From an uncultured virus (IMG/VR IMGVR_UViG_3300006620_000021) (Duplodnaviria > Heunggongvirae > Uroviricota > Caudoviricetes), in the IMG/VR virus record IMGVR_UViG_3300006620_000021: a stretch of DNA of 64,000 bases; one strand, written 5' to 3'. A model generated the notes under the pieces. That model saw only the letters and a program-made list of their open reading frames with translations, was not told the DNA's origin and did not search any database. The translations under genes and the position numbers were made by a program. Positions 29,702 to 39,275 of the stretch are shown piece by piece (position 1 is the first letter of the stretch; every line of letters starts with the position of its first letter).

Positions 29702-30028
29702 TCAGACGGTGGGTCGTGTGGGTGGTGTGACTAACTTAAGAAGTCCTTCATCTGCTGCCTCACTATATGCAATGCCATCCTTTACAGTGACATCTTCATC
29801 AACAGAACCATAGTATCCCATCTTGAAGAGGAGATCCCTACACTTATCGTAATGCTTCTTGTAGTATGCTGCATCACTCTTGACACTACTGATCAAGTCA
29901 TCATATGTCTGTTGTGCATCAACATCTCTATCAGACAGATAGTCAAAGATAGCATCATTAAGACGCTCTTTACGTTGAGCGGAGTATGATGGTACACTCA
30001 TTTGCTCGATAGACGAATCATAATTCAT
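29702..30028 (-). CDS. Hypothetical protein
   Basis: 108-aa ORF. Confidence 0.65.
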   Translation of the reverse strand: MNYDSSIEQMSVPSYSAQRKERLNDAIFDYLSDRDVDAQQTYDDLISSVKSDAAYYKKHYDKCRDLLFKMGYYGSVDEDVTVKDGIAYSEAADEGLLKLVTPPTRPTV

Positions 30029-30097
30029 GGTTTTTTATAACAATAGGGACAAATTCTACCACCACACTTGTTGCAAGTCTTATAATTGTTTTTATGT

Positions 30098-31142
30098 TTA
30101 TCGGACATCATGCCCTCCAAACATCGCTCGCATACCATTCAGAACCTTGGCAGTGAAAGCACCAAGACGGCGCGACTCAAAACGTGCAAACAACGCACTG
30201 CTGATGACAGGAGCGGGTACGCCAAGATCCACAGCAGCGTGAACAGTCCAACGCCCTTCACCAGAGTCTGATACTCCCCCATCGAACTTGCTAAGTTCTC
30301 TATCACTGCGTAGTACAGTAGCGGTAAGGTCAAGTAACCAAGNNNNNNNNNNNNNNNNNNNNNCCACGACGCCATAACTCAGCCACCTCAGCAACATTAA
30401 CGTCGTACTGATAATCGGCAGGGTTGTCCATTGGGGCGACTTCAGCGTCTCCTGCTTTGACATACTGGGCACCAGCATTTGCTTCATGTAGAATGTTAAA
30501 TCCTTCGGCATATGCTTGCATTATACCATATTCTATGCCATTGTGAACCATCTTCACAAAGTGACCTGCTCCTGGTGGTCCACAATGCAACCATCCATAC
30601 TCTGCTGATGTAGAATGACTCAGAGGATCGGTACGTTCGGCAGCGGCAATACCTGGTGCGAGTGCCCTAAAGATTGGAGCGCAGGCGGATACTGCAAAAT
30701 TTGCACCACCAACCATAAGACAGTATCCACGGTCCAAACCGTAAACACCGCCACTAGTGCCACAGTCAAGATATGAGATGCCAAGTTTAGCAAGCCTGTC
30801 CGCCCTCCTGCGAGAGTCTTTAAAATTACTATTGCCATGATCAATAATAATATCTCCCTCCATACAAAACTGTAATAGCTCATTGATAGTATCCTCTACG
30901 GTCTCTGCTGGCACAACCATCATAAAGACACCAGGGGTCTTTCCAGTGGTCTTATTTGAATGTACTATTTGAACAAGATTTTGAATAGAAGTGGCACATC
31001 CACTGATATAACCCTTCTCAAATTGCTCTTCTGCTTTTTTATAATTGTTGCGATATCCATGAACCTCATGTTCTCCTGTTGCGATAAGACGGCGAGACAT
31101 ACCTTCTCCCATCCGTCCAAGACCAATCATTCCTACTTTCAT
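30098..31142 (-). CDS. gnd: 6-phosphogluconate dehydrogenase (spans an N gap)
   Basis: GMIGLGRMG, DCGTSGG, GHFVKMVHNGIEYG, DSGEGRW and MRAMFGGH; the frame break coincides with the Ns at 30343-30363. Confidence 0.95.
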
Positions 31143-31208
31143 AAGTGCCAATTTAAGTCAATGTATGTATTATAGCAGATTTAATATAATTAAGTATTTG
31201 TCACCATA

Positions 31209-31436
31209 TCAATACATGTTGTTTGAGGTAAGTTCTCGCGAATCATTTGACCAGAAGTCATTCCAATCATCTTCAGAATCGGTAACATCCTTTACATTAA
31301 TCATGTTATTCTCAATTGAAGTAACGATATCACCGTACTCTTGGTGCCATTTACTACCACACATCTCATGCCCACGCCGCTCACGAACAGCACGAAGAAT
31401 GAGTTGCCACTGATGTCTGTTGAACATTGGATTCAT
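31209..31436 (-). CDS. Hypothetical protein
   Basis: MNPMFNRHQWQLI. Confidence 0.5.
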   Translation of the reverse strand: MNPMFNRHQWQLILRAVRERRGHEMCGSKWHQEYGDIVTSIENNMINVKDVTDSEDDWNDFWSNDSRELTSNNMY

Positions 31437-31478
31437 TTGAACTTCCGTTAATTCTATCATATGTATCATAATGAGCAA

Positions 31479-31667
31479 CTACATCTCATCAATATTCATC
31501 TTTGCTATAGATCCTATCGTCTCCTTCTGCTTTAAGAACAATTTTACATATGACTTTGCTACATTACGTAGAGTCTTTAAGTCATCGACACCATCAATCT
31601 CACGAGCAAGTTTCTCATACTCAAAAGATCTACTCATTGTATCCAGTGTTATGTCGTCAGGATTCAT
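31479..31667 (-). CDS. NblA-like small helical protein
   Basis: LDTMSRSFEYEKLAREID...YVKLFLKQKE resembles the NblA-type helix hairpin. Confidence 0.45.
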   Translation of the reverse strand: MNPDDITLDTMSRSFEYEKLAREIDGVDDLKTLRNVAKSYVKLFLKQKETIGSIAKMNIDEM

Positions 31668-31902
31668 TTCTTCCCTTCCTTATTAATTTTACCAAATGGA
31701 TCATTTTCGTAGTATGATTCCCATTCAGCAGGTTTCCAAGAGTTTACGTCCTTGCGAATGTCTTCAATCTTATCCTCAATGTCCTTAAGTTTTTTTTCAA
31801 TTCGGTCCCAAGGTTGCATATTCCCATGCCCAGTGTTTTCCTATTATAAAACCCCCTTGACAAATCGTCAAGAGGGTGAGAAGACTAAAGATTGTTTTTA
31901 GA

Positions 31903-32100
31903 TCATATTAGTTTAGTGTCTAGCGTCTTATCAGACAGAATCTGTTTGCAGATTCTTTTGCAAGTCGGTTGATCGTTATCACATTCGATCAGACATTCAA
32001 AGTAGTCATTGATTGCATCCTCCACTGCATTGGCACGTTCAACGGTCTCTTCAAATTGCTTCCATCCTGCTAGTTGATTGTAAGAAATTAAATTATGCAT
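31903..32100 (-). CDS. Conserved picocyanobacterial/cyanophage Cys-rich small protein
   Basis: MHNLISYNQLAGW...DYFECLIECD..QPTCKRIC. Confidence 0.75.
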   Translation of the reverse strand: MHNLISYNQLAGWKQFEETVERANAVEDAINDYFECLIECDNDQPTCKRICKQILSDKTLDTKLI

Positions 32101-32242
32101 GGTAACTCCATCCTTCACGTTTTAAAAGTCATTATGTATTAATCTGATCTCACATGGTGACCTCCTAGTCGCTATTCTGTATTATATAGCACAGTTTATG
32201 TTAATTCACTAACATTTGTTATAAATCAATATAAATCAAAGT

Positions 32243-32614
32243 TTATACACGTTTGTTTACATGAGTTACCACTTCTAGGATACCTTTACGAAATAAAAGT
32301 CTACATTCTGGGTATGGTGCATAGTAACAATCCCACTTACTTGGATATACTGTTACTCTACCAGAGAAGTAAAATGGTCTACATTTACCATGTTTACCAT
32401 TCCTTACCCATTTATATTCATCCTCATGGAAGTCATGAGTATCCTCACTGTCAATCAACCACAATTTTGCGGCAGGATCTAAGAAGAACACTCTAATAAA
32501 AGGTGACCCAGTGATTGCTTTAGTCTCTAATTCTCTCCTATACCACCCAGCACCGAGGTCATAGTAGTTTAGGATGGTGTCATGTAATTGAGATTGTTGA
32601 TCAAATCGTCCCAT
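32243..32614 (-). CDS. Hypothetical protein
   Basis: 123-aa ORF. Confidence 0.65.
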   Translation of the reverse strand: MGRFDQQSQLHDTILNYYDLGAGWYRRELETKAITGSPFIRVFFLDPAAKLWLIDSEDTHDFHEDEYKWVRNGKHGKCRPFYFSGRVTVYPSKWDCYYAPYPECRLLFRKGILEVVTHVNKRV

Positions 32615-32620
32615 TGTCGC

Positions 32621-33010
32621 TCATTTAGGATCTTTATTAAGGTAGAATCCTCTCCAATCACACACTCGTATGCATAGATCAAGATCCCAACCAAGTTTTC
32701 TATTTGCAGAGTGATCATTCCTTGGTTTATATACCACTCCGTCCTCAAATCCAACAAAGGCATGGACCTTGTATTCATCTTCATCAAGAACTTGCACAAT
32801 TTTAAAGTACTTTCTATTGTCGCAGTCAACAATAAAAGAACCAATATCAAAGTTAGACTCTAACTCTTTTTTCTTTAATGCAATATCTCTAGAAGGTTCA
32901 CCAGTTTGCTCTATGATCCTGGTAAGTTTCCAAAGAGTCTCTCTTCTATAATCAGAAGTCAATTTAATGCATAAGAGTCCAACTTTGCTCAGCAATTTGT
33001 TTTTATCCAT
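32621..33010 (-). CDS. Paralog of 28948-29421
   Basis: RKYFKI...VHAFV...GVVYKP...CDWRGFYL. Confidence 0.7.
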   Translation of the reverse strand: MDKNKLLSKVGLLCIKLTSDYRRETLWKLTRIIEQTGEPSRDIALKKKELESNFDIGSFIVDCDNRKYFKIVQVLDEDEYKVHAFVGFEDGVVYKPRNDHSANRKLGWDLDLCIRVCDWRGFYLNKDPK

Positions 33011-33034
33011 TGCATAGTAAGTCGTATATACTAT

Positions 33035-33244
33035 CTATGCTACCTCATCCCAAACCTCTTTGCGGACATATTGGTCCTTAAGGTCAAAATATAAGCGATG
33101 ATTTTCAGTATGAACGTAGTAACCCGTGAGATCCTTACCATCATCAGTCCAACCATATCCAAGAACTCTCTCGTCAATGTTCTGGATGTCCAGCCTCCTA
33201 TTAGTGTGTAGATAATGGTTGTATTTTTGATGGAGGTTGATCAT
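33035..33244 (-). CDS. Hypothetical protein
   Basis: MINLHQKYNHYL...GYGWTDDG..LTGYYV. Confidence 0.65.
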   Translation of the reverse strand: MINLHQKYNHYLHTNRRLDIQNIDERVLGYGWTDDGKDLTGYYVHTENHRLYFDLKDQYVRKEVWDEVA

Positions 33245-33344
33245 AGGTGCCTCGTTTTCTGATGTCTTCAAATTCTAACATTATCTATGCTATTTTCAAA
33301 GTCCCTTTGGGATCGCTTAATATTTGGAATAGGTTTTGTTAAGA

Positions 33345-33575
33345 TTATTCTCCCAAGTCGGTCAATGGACCCCACCTTCCAGAGTCACCGTCTTTACGGT
33401 TGTCCAACTTATCAAAGATGTCATCAATAGTCTGCATTGTTTCAATGCTAGAAATCATCTCAGCAATAGTTTTACATACATGTGGTTTTTCACCACGAGC
33501 AGCAAACGCTAGAGCATTGCGAAGATTAGCTTCTGCATCTCTCAAGGAATCTTTAACCGAATCTGATAGTGCCAT
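33345..33575 (-). CDS. Conserved hypothetical protein
   Basis: MALSDSVKDSL..AEANLRNALAFAAR. Confidence 0.7.
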   Translation of the reverse strand: MALSDSVKDSLRDAEANLRNALAFAARGEKPHVCKTIAEMISSIETMQTIDDIFDKLDNRKDGDSGRWGPLTDLGE

Positions 33576-33605
33576 AATTACTCCAGTTTGTATTATTATA
33601 CTATA

Positions 33606-34757
33606 TTATTTTAACCATGTCACCATGGAATATCTAGTACCCTCTAGAACTGGTAGAACTTGATGAGGGTACATAAAGTTTGATGGGAAGACAATTGCAC
33701 TACCTGCAGGTATTGCGATCTCAATCTCACCATTAAAGAATGCAACGTTGCCACCCTTATAGTTATCATTTAAAGCATAGATTACTGAGACTGATCTCAT
33801 CATCTCTTTAAAACTGTCACAATGCTCAGAATAAAACCCTCCAGTCTCATATCTAAGTAAATCATATCCAGTGTCTTCTTTTACTACACAGTGTGGGAAG
33901 TCACTCATATACTTTTGAGCGACTGAACAACAAGATTTGAAGAATATTCTATCAATAGTACGTCTAGTCTCTGTTGTCAGTAACTCTGGTAATGATACAC
34001 CAATGGTGTCACAATTCCTAACTTGACGATTTTCGACACTATCCGCACTCACTGATGCAGGTTTCCAAAGATCACACTCTGCATATTCCTGCATTATAAT
34101 CTCACAATCTGCAGGAGTGAGTACATTATCATAGACCTTGATGTACTCTGCTAAAGCATTATTAGAGACAACAGGTGGTTTGGGTTCTTCTTTTACCTTC
34201 ACAGGATCATTAACATAACGATGGTTTTTATTGAAGTAACTCTCAAAATGTACTCCATTACTTCTAACATAGTGTAAGAACACTTGAGTGCAGTAATTAC
34301 CTACAAATGCTTCTCTACCATGAGGAGCACTACATCCAAGGTATATCATAGCATCACCAGGTTCTAGTGACACATTTTTTATTGTGCCATCTGGTCTGGC
34401 TATATGAATATCCCAGATCTCATCACAATCAAGATTGATAGTTAATGATATCTCACACTCTGGTTTATCCGTATGATCTTTTAATACATCACCATGACCA
34501 TATATCCTTGCATAAGAATAAGTTGGTAGGACTGTCTCTCCTACCAACTGCGTAACAGTCATTGATTTTTCAATAAGTAACTCCAAAAATGGTATATAAT
34601 CCATCTTTGCAGTAAAACAACCAGAGACCTGTGGGTCTTCACCCATCTCATGAGTTGTTACATACTCATTGTAACTCTGTGATAGTTCTTTTGATCTAGA
34701 TGATGATATAAAGTTAGGAACAACCAAATAGTTGTCCTTGATCAATTTTTCATTCAT
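33606..34757 (-). CDS. Tandem two-domain 2OG-Fe(II) oxygenase (prolyl-hydroxylase-like)
   Basis: HTD..CEISLT...H.R in domain 1; HCD...FPSNFMYPH.V..V..GTRYS in domain 2. Confidence 0.85.
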   Translation of the reverse strand: MNEKLIKDNYLVVPNFISSSRSKELSQSYNEYVTTHEMGEDPQVSGCFTAKMDYIPFLELLIEKSMTVTQLVGETVLPTYSYARIYGHGDVLKDHTDKPECEISLTINLDCDEIWDIHIARPDGTIKNVSLEPGDAMIYLGCSAPHGREAFVGNYCTQVFLHYVRSNGVHFESYFNKNHRYVNDPVKVKEEPKPPVVSNNALAEYIKVYDNVLTPADCEIIMQEYAECDLWKPASVSADSVENRQVRNCDTIGVSLPELLTTETRRTIDRIFFKSCCSVAQKYMSDFPHCVVKEDTGYDLLRYETGGFYSEHCDSFKEMMRSVSVIYALNDNYKGGNVAFFNGEIEIAIPAGSAIVFPSNFMYPHQVLPVLEGTRYSMVTWLK

Positions 34758-35803
34758 TTGTCAGGCACGTCAGCGTCGGGTACATCTGGACTGTCCTCAG
34801 TGTCATCAATTAACTTCTCAATTTCGTCCACAATTTGCTCATCTGGTGTATCATCAAACATCATCTCCAGATTAAACTCATTATCCAAAATAGACAAGTC
34901 TACTTCTAATTGACTCTTGGCAAAGTCTTCAGGATCTTCGGGAACATCTTCAGAGAGGATTTTATCAACGTCGCCTTCAAGAGCAGCACCAATAGACTCT
35001 ATATTCTCACCCTCTACTTCTTCAATGACAGCATCATCAAACAAACTACCATCAAGATTGGAGTCAAATACTGTTACATTCTCAAATTCTTGTTGATCAA
35101 ATACTCCCTCTTTGGACATTTGACCAAGAGAATTCTCTACAGAGTCTTGAGCATAGAAGAACTGGTTATGCGTCTCTTCAATTGTTTTCTGTACGTTCTC
35201 CATCTGAACTTCATGATCTTCTGCCATGTCTGCTAGATCTTTTTGATAGTCAGATTCAACTTCAGATAGATTTACATCATGAAGCATCCTCATCTCATCA
35301 ACTTCTGCCATTGTAATCTCACGATCACGCTCCAATTCAGCAAGATTCTCTTCATGTCTTTGCTGCATCTCATCCATCTGATCTTGCAGTCTCTTTTGTA
35401 CTTGCTGATCTTCCCAATTTACTGCATCTAAAGTCTCTTGGTGACGCTTCTGCATCTCCTCCATTTGAGTCTCTAATTCTTGCATCGCTTCTGCCCAGGA
35501 GAATGCATCCTTCTCCAATTGCTTCTCTTGAGCAACTCTCTCTGCTTCAACAGTCTCAAATTTATCCTGCCAATGCTTCACATACTTATCAATGTGGTTC
35601 CTACAAGCAGTATCATTTTGTCTGTCTGATGAGTCATATTCAATCTCACCTGCTCCTTCAGGAGTTCCATCATCCTTCCATTGTATTGCCCAAAGATGCT
35701 CAATATCAGCAAATGGCCAATCTTCATCTGTAAACCAGATACCCTGATCATTTACTGAGATATACTTATCTGCTTCAATAAGAGTAAATTTAGTTACGTT
35801 CAT
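34754..35803 (-). CDS. Tail-fibre-associated protein with acidic coiled-coil extension
   Basis: WAIQW...GEIEY N-terminal domain, then heptad-like and very acidic C-terminus. Confidence 0.6.
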   Translation of the reverse strand: MNVTKFTLIEADKYISVNDQGIWFTDEDWPFADIEHLWAIQWKDDGTPEGAGEIEYDSSDRQNDTACRNHIDKYVKHWQDKFETVEAERVAQEKQLEKDAFSWAEAMQELETQMEEMQKRHQETLDAVNWEDQQVQKRLQDQMDEMQQRHEENLAELERDREITMAEVDEMRMLHDVNLSEVESDYQKDLADMAEDHEVQMENVQKTIEETHNQFFYAQDSVENSLGQMSKEGVFDQQEFENVTVFDSNLDGSLFDDAVIEEVEGENIESIGAALEGDVDKILSEDVPEDPEDFAKSQLEVDLSILDNEFNLEMMFDDTPDEQIVDEIEKLIDDTEDSPDVPDADVPDK

Positions 35804-36132
35804 TCGTCCACCTCTTCTATTTGTGCTGGAATTACTTTAGGAGTTCTTGCTTCATGGAGCATTTGTGCTGCAGAGGATAACACACTAATGTTAGTCTCAT
35901 TTGCCTTCACCATCTCATTTCTAAAAGATTCTACACCAGCACTTGTAGACCGTTGCTGATTTGAATTCTCAATCAATAACATTGGCATCCAGGTAACTGC
36001 ACATCCCCATTCATCAACAGGTTCTCCTGTCTGAGGATTCATGCCCCGAATTTGAGTATACCAAGAACACTCAAGACCAATACAATCTTTACCAATCAAA
36101 GGACAAAATTTACCAACCTCAAGTTTTGCCAT
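35800..36132 (-). CDS. Cys-rich tail-fibre-associated protein
   Basis: CPLIGKDCIGLECSWY...WGCA...VESFRNEMV. Confidence 0.7.
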   Translation of the reverse strand: MAKLEVGKFCPLIGKDCIGLECSWYTQIRGMNPQTGEPVDEWGCAVTWMPMLLIENSNQQRSTSAGVESFRNEMVKANETNISVLSSAAQMLHEARTPKVIPAQIEEVDE

Positions 36133-36164
36133 AATCTCTCCAATGTAAAATAATTATACCATAT

Positions 36165-36713
36165 TTAGTTCAAAGAGCACAGTATAACGTCAACATATTG
36201 AACTTCCATACTTACACTCATGGATGCAATCTCGTTAATTGTTGCAGTTCCTGAGAATGGGTGTGAGTGCGCTCCTCCACCACCTGCGCCACCTGTTGCA
36301 ACAGATCCATTTGTAGCAAATGTTGTTCCAGAATTACTAAAAGGTGTAGCAACTTGTCCTGCTGCTGGTCCAACAAGTAAACTGTGTGTATGGTTTGCTA
36401 ATTGTGTTAATGACAGAGTATGACCACCAAGTGATGCCGTAATGGGAAATGATCCTTGAATACCAACACTCAGACCATTAGATCCTTGCAATACTGATGT
36501 CCAGTTTGTTGTGTTACCAGTTCCACCACCAGTTCCATTAACAACTCTCAGTGCTTTATTGCCCTGCGAAGCATCTTGAGTCCAACCAGTCGGTGCTGTT
36601 GCCTGATAAAATAGTTTTTTAGTTCCTGCTGGATAAATCCAATAAAAACTATTGATGGAATCATTAGAGTTTAAAAGATTAAACTGGATTCCATTAGCGG
36701 TTAATCTTGCCAT
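36165..36713 (-). CDS. Short tail fibre / collar-domain protein
   Basis: APTGWTQ, GGHTLSLTQLANHTH and HSH motifs. Confidence 0.75.
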   Translation of the reverse strand: MARLTANGIQFNLLNSNDSINSFYWIYPAGTKKLFYQATAPTGWTQDASQGNKALRVVNGTGGGTGNTTNWTSVLQGSNGLSVGIQGSFPITASLGGHTLSLTQLANHTHSLLVGPAAGQVATPFSNSGTTFATNGSVATGGAGGGGAHSHPFSGTATINEIASMSVSMEVQYVDVILCSLN

Positions 36714-36714
36714 A

Positions 36715-37278
36715 TCAACTAAAGCTGCAGATGATTACATCAATATACTGAAGTCTCATGTCAAGAGAACCCGATCCACTTACATTAAATGATATACTAC
36801 CACTCCAAGGGTGTGAGTGAGCTTGACCAATACCCTGTGGAGAGTTTACACCACCAGATTGGTTAGTACCAGGAACTCTAAATGTGCTACCACCACTTGC
36901 AGCAACAGCTCCTCCACCAACACCAGAACTGTGAGTGTGGTTTGGGATCTCAGATACTGATAGAGAGTGACCACCAACAGTTCCTGATACGGGAACTGTT
37001 GAATTATAATTTACACTCAAACTTGACGTGCTTGATGGAAATGTCTGGGTAAATGTATTACCACCTGCTCCTGCTGTCCCACCATAACCAAATCCACCAC
37101 CAGTTCCATTAACTAAGCGTAGTGCTTTATCGTTATGTGCAGTAACCTGCGTCCATCCAGTAGGAGCGGAAGATTGATAAAATACCGCAACTGAATTTTG
37201 CGCCAAAACAGAATACTTTGACGTTAAAGATGTACCATCATTAAATTCAATCCCATTGGCGGTTAATATTGCTGCCAT
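36715..37278 (-). CDS. Short tail fibre / collar-domain protein (tandem paralog)
   Basis: APTGWTQ, GGHSLSVSEIPNHTH; late promoter ATAAATA at 37306-37312. Confidence 0.75.
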   Translation of the reverse strand: MAAILTANGIEFNDGTSLTSKYSVLAQNSVAVFYQSSAPTGWTQVTAHNDKALRLVNGTGGGFGYGGTAGAGGNTFTQTFPSSTSSLSVNYNSTVPVSGTVGGHSLSVSEIPNHTHSSGVGGGAVAASGGSTFRVPGTNQSGGVNSPQGIGQAHSHPWSGSISFNVSGSGSLDMRLQYIDVIICSFS

Positions 37279-37311
37279 TTTACAAACATACTTCCTTTAT
37301 TTACTTATTTA

Positions 37312-37587
37312 TCAACTACATTTAATCCAGAATCCATCACCAGTAAACTCCCAACCATCATCAAGAACTGCTTGGTAGTTCTCATATTTATCTTTGAACC
37401 CTTCAGGAACATATGGAGGCCACTGTTCTCTATAAAATTGTTGCGTCCATCCATCATTATATGGGGATGTTGCTTGAATCTCATTCATAATATCAGGGTA
37501 GATCTGACGCCTTGGTTCATCACTACCCATTTCACGTTCGTAAACTGTCTTGCCACCATCAGGTGACTCATAGATTTTTGCAGTCAT
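37312..37587 (-). CDS. Hypothetical protein
   Basis: IYESPDGGKTVY and SPYNDGWT. Confidence 0.7.
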   Translation of the reverse strand: MTAKIYESPDGGKTVYEREMGSDEPRRQIYPDIMNEIQATSPYNDGWTQQFYREQWPPYVPEGFKDKYENYQAVLDDGWEFTGDGFWIKCS

Positions 37588-37762
37588 TGTCTGTTTTAAA
37601 ACTCTTACGACACTTTTTTACTTCCTTCAGCTCATCTTTAATCATCTGATAAGCATCCTCAGCAGAGATTTTCCTTGCCATTTCCATGGCAGAGATCATC
37701 TCAACACGAGTACCAAAATGTTTGAGTGCTTCCTCAAAACAATTTAATGCCTCATACATCAT
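37568..37762 (-). CDS. Conserved hypothetical protein
   Basis: FEEALKHFGTRVE. Confidence 0.7.
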   Translation of the reverse strand: MMYEALNCFEEALKHFGTRVEMISAMEMARKISAEDAYQMIKDELKEVKKCRKSFKTDNDCKNL

Positions 37763-38411
37763 TCAGTGCCTCCAGAGATGCCTCATAATCACGTTGGAAG
37801 ATAGCAAGTCCCTCACGAGTCAACACACTGTCATACATTGCATTGAATACTTTGGTTGGCATGGTAACAATGTCAGAACCATACATGAAGCAGCGAGAGA
37901 CATGATGTGCGTCACGCAGAGATGCAGCAAGCACTTCAGTCTTCATGCCATGGACGGAACGACAGGTTGCAATAGCACGAACCAATTCAACACCACTGAA
38001 GGAGTTGTCATTACAACGTCCAACAAAAGGAGACAGATAAGTTGCACCTGCCTTCATTGCCATCACTGCCTGTGCGACAGAGAATACAAGAGTCACATTG
38101 GTTTTGATACCCAGTTTGGTCAAATCTTTGCAGACCATAAGACCATCAGGAGTGCAGGGGAGTTTGATAGTGGCAGCAGTGCCAAACTTCTCAGCAAGGC
38201 GAACACCATCATCATACATCTCACCCACGGTGCCAACAACTTCCATGCTGACATCAGGTACACCAATATCAATCATCTCCTGATATACTTCCTCAGGATC
38301 ACGACCCGCCTTGCGAATCAAGGAAGGGTTAGTGGTAACACCATCAACAAGTCCAGTCGCAAAATATTTACGGACTTCTTCAGTATCTGCAGTGTCAAGG
38401 AAGATCTTCAT
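37752..38411 (-). CDS. talC: Transaldolase (TalC/MipB family)
   Basis: IFLDTAD, GVTTNPSL, TNVTLVFS, YLSPFVGR and LAASLR. Confidence 0.96.
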   Translation of the reverse strand: MKIFLDTADTEEVRKYFATGLVDGVTTNPSLIRKAGRDPEEVYQEMIDIGVPDVSMEVVGTVGEMYDDGVRLAEKFGTAATIKLPCTPDGLMVCKDLTKLGIKTNVTLVFSVAQAVMAMKAGATYLSPFVGRCNDNSFSGVELVRAIATCRSVHGMKTEVLAASLRDAHHVSRCFMYGSDIVTMPTKVFNAMYDSVLTREGLAIFQRDYEASLEALNDV

Positions 38412-38624
38412 TTGTCTCCGAGGGAATAGTTATCAAGATTATATTTTGTATCTGATTGTTTGTCAATCAATTTTTCGAGTTGTCGCACACGGGACTCCAA
38501 CTCAGCAATACGCTCATCAAGCGTGGTAAATTCAAAACTATACTGTGTCATTTGTAAATAAATGGGTCACGTTTTTTACTTTTGATTCTTTGTATATAGT
38601 CTCTAATCTTATTGATTAGTTTCC

Positions 38625-38930
38625 TCATAACTTTACTCCAGCGGTTGCATTTACGCTGCGAGTATAATTTTGAAGTGTGCCTTCCTGCAAACACTTGAGA
38701 TGCCAACGTGTCATCTGTAGGATACCATCTTCTGTGCCACCTGTAAGGAAGTGAGCACCCAAAGGATCTTTTAAGATGCTAGTGTAGAGACCAAAACGAG
38801 TCTTTTTGATGTAAAAAGCATCATCAATCCACACTACATCTTCAGGAATATCCTGTTCGATAGTATTATTAGGACCAAGAGAATCCTGTAATGTTGGGAT
38901 TCTCTCAACCTTCGTCTGTTGTTCCGTCAT
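38625..38930 (-). CDS. Hypothetical protein
   Basis: WIDDAFYIKKTRFGL. Confidence 0.65.
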   Translation of the reverse strand: MTEQQTKVERIPTLQDSLGPNNTIEQDIPEDVVWIDDAFYIKKTRFGLYTSILKDPLGAHFLTGGTEDGILQMTRWHLKCLQEGTLQNYTRSVNATAGVKL

Positions 38931-39126
38931 CTTTTTTATTAAAACCGAATGGACCTGCTGCTTTTTCTTCTAGTGCTACTTTTAGTGCAACACTACCAAC
39001 TGCTTCCATACATTTAAGAATGTCTTCTGTCTTGGCACCTTCACCAAGTTCTTTAGCAACATACCAATACTTAGGCCAAAATGTTTCGCCTGCTCTTTGA
39101 TAATCATCAAGAGTTAAGAGCTTCAT
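38905..39126 (-). CDS. Conserved hypothetical protein
   Basis: AGETFWPKYWYVAKELG. Confidence 0.7.
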   Translation of the reverse strand: MKLLTLDDYQRAGETFWPKYWYVAKELGEGAKTEDILKCMEAVGSVALKVALEEKAAGPFGFNKKDDGTTDEG

Positions 39127-39275
39127 TATTCCTCCTCACAGTTTCATGTAATTGTTTAAGTGCTTCTACAACCTCGGGAGTCTCATCCCAAGACCACACT
39201 TCTTCACGACCTTTGCTGTCAATCTTAGTGTGTGTTCGTTCAGTCATATATCTCAGATAGACTGATCATATTGTA

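Noticed and set aside
30343..30363. Apparent frameshift or pseudogene in gnd
   Set aside because: The break falls in a 21-N gap; the conserved WRRGSVVGSWLLDL motif needs about 14 nt, so this is a gap-length artefact
37686..38429. 247-aa plus-strand ORF
   Set aside because: Antisense shadow of talC
38408..38551. Possible cp12 upstream of talC
   Set aside because: The small ORF (MTQYSFEFTTLDERIAELE...) lacks the CP12 cysteines and the C-terminal EC..YDD motif
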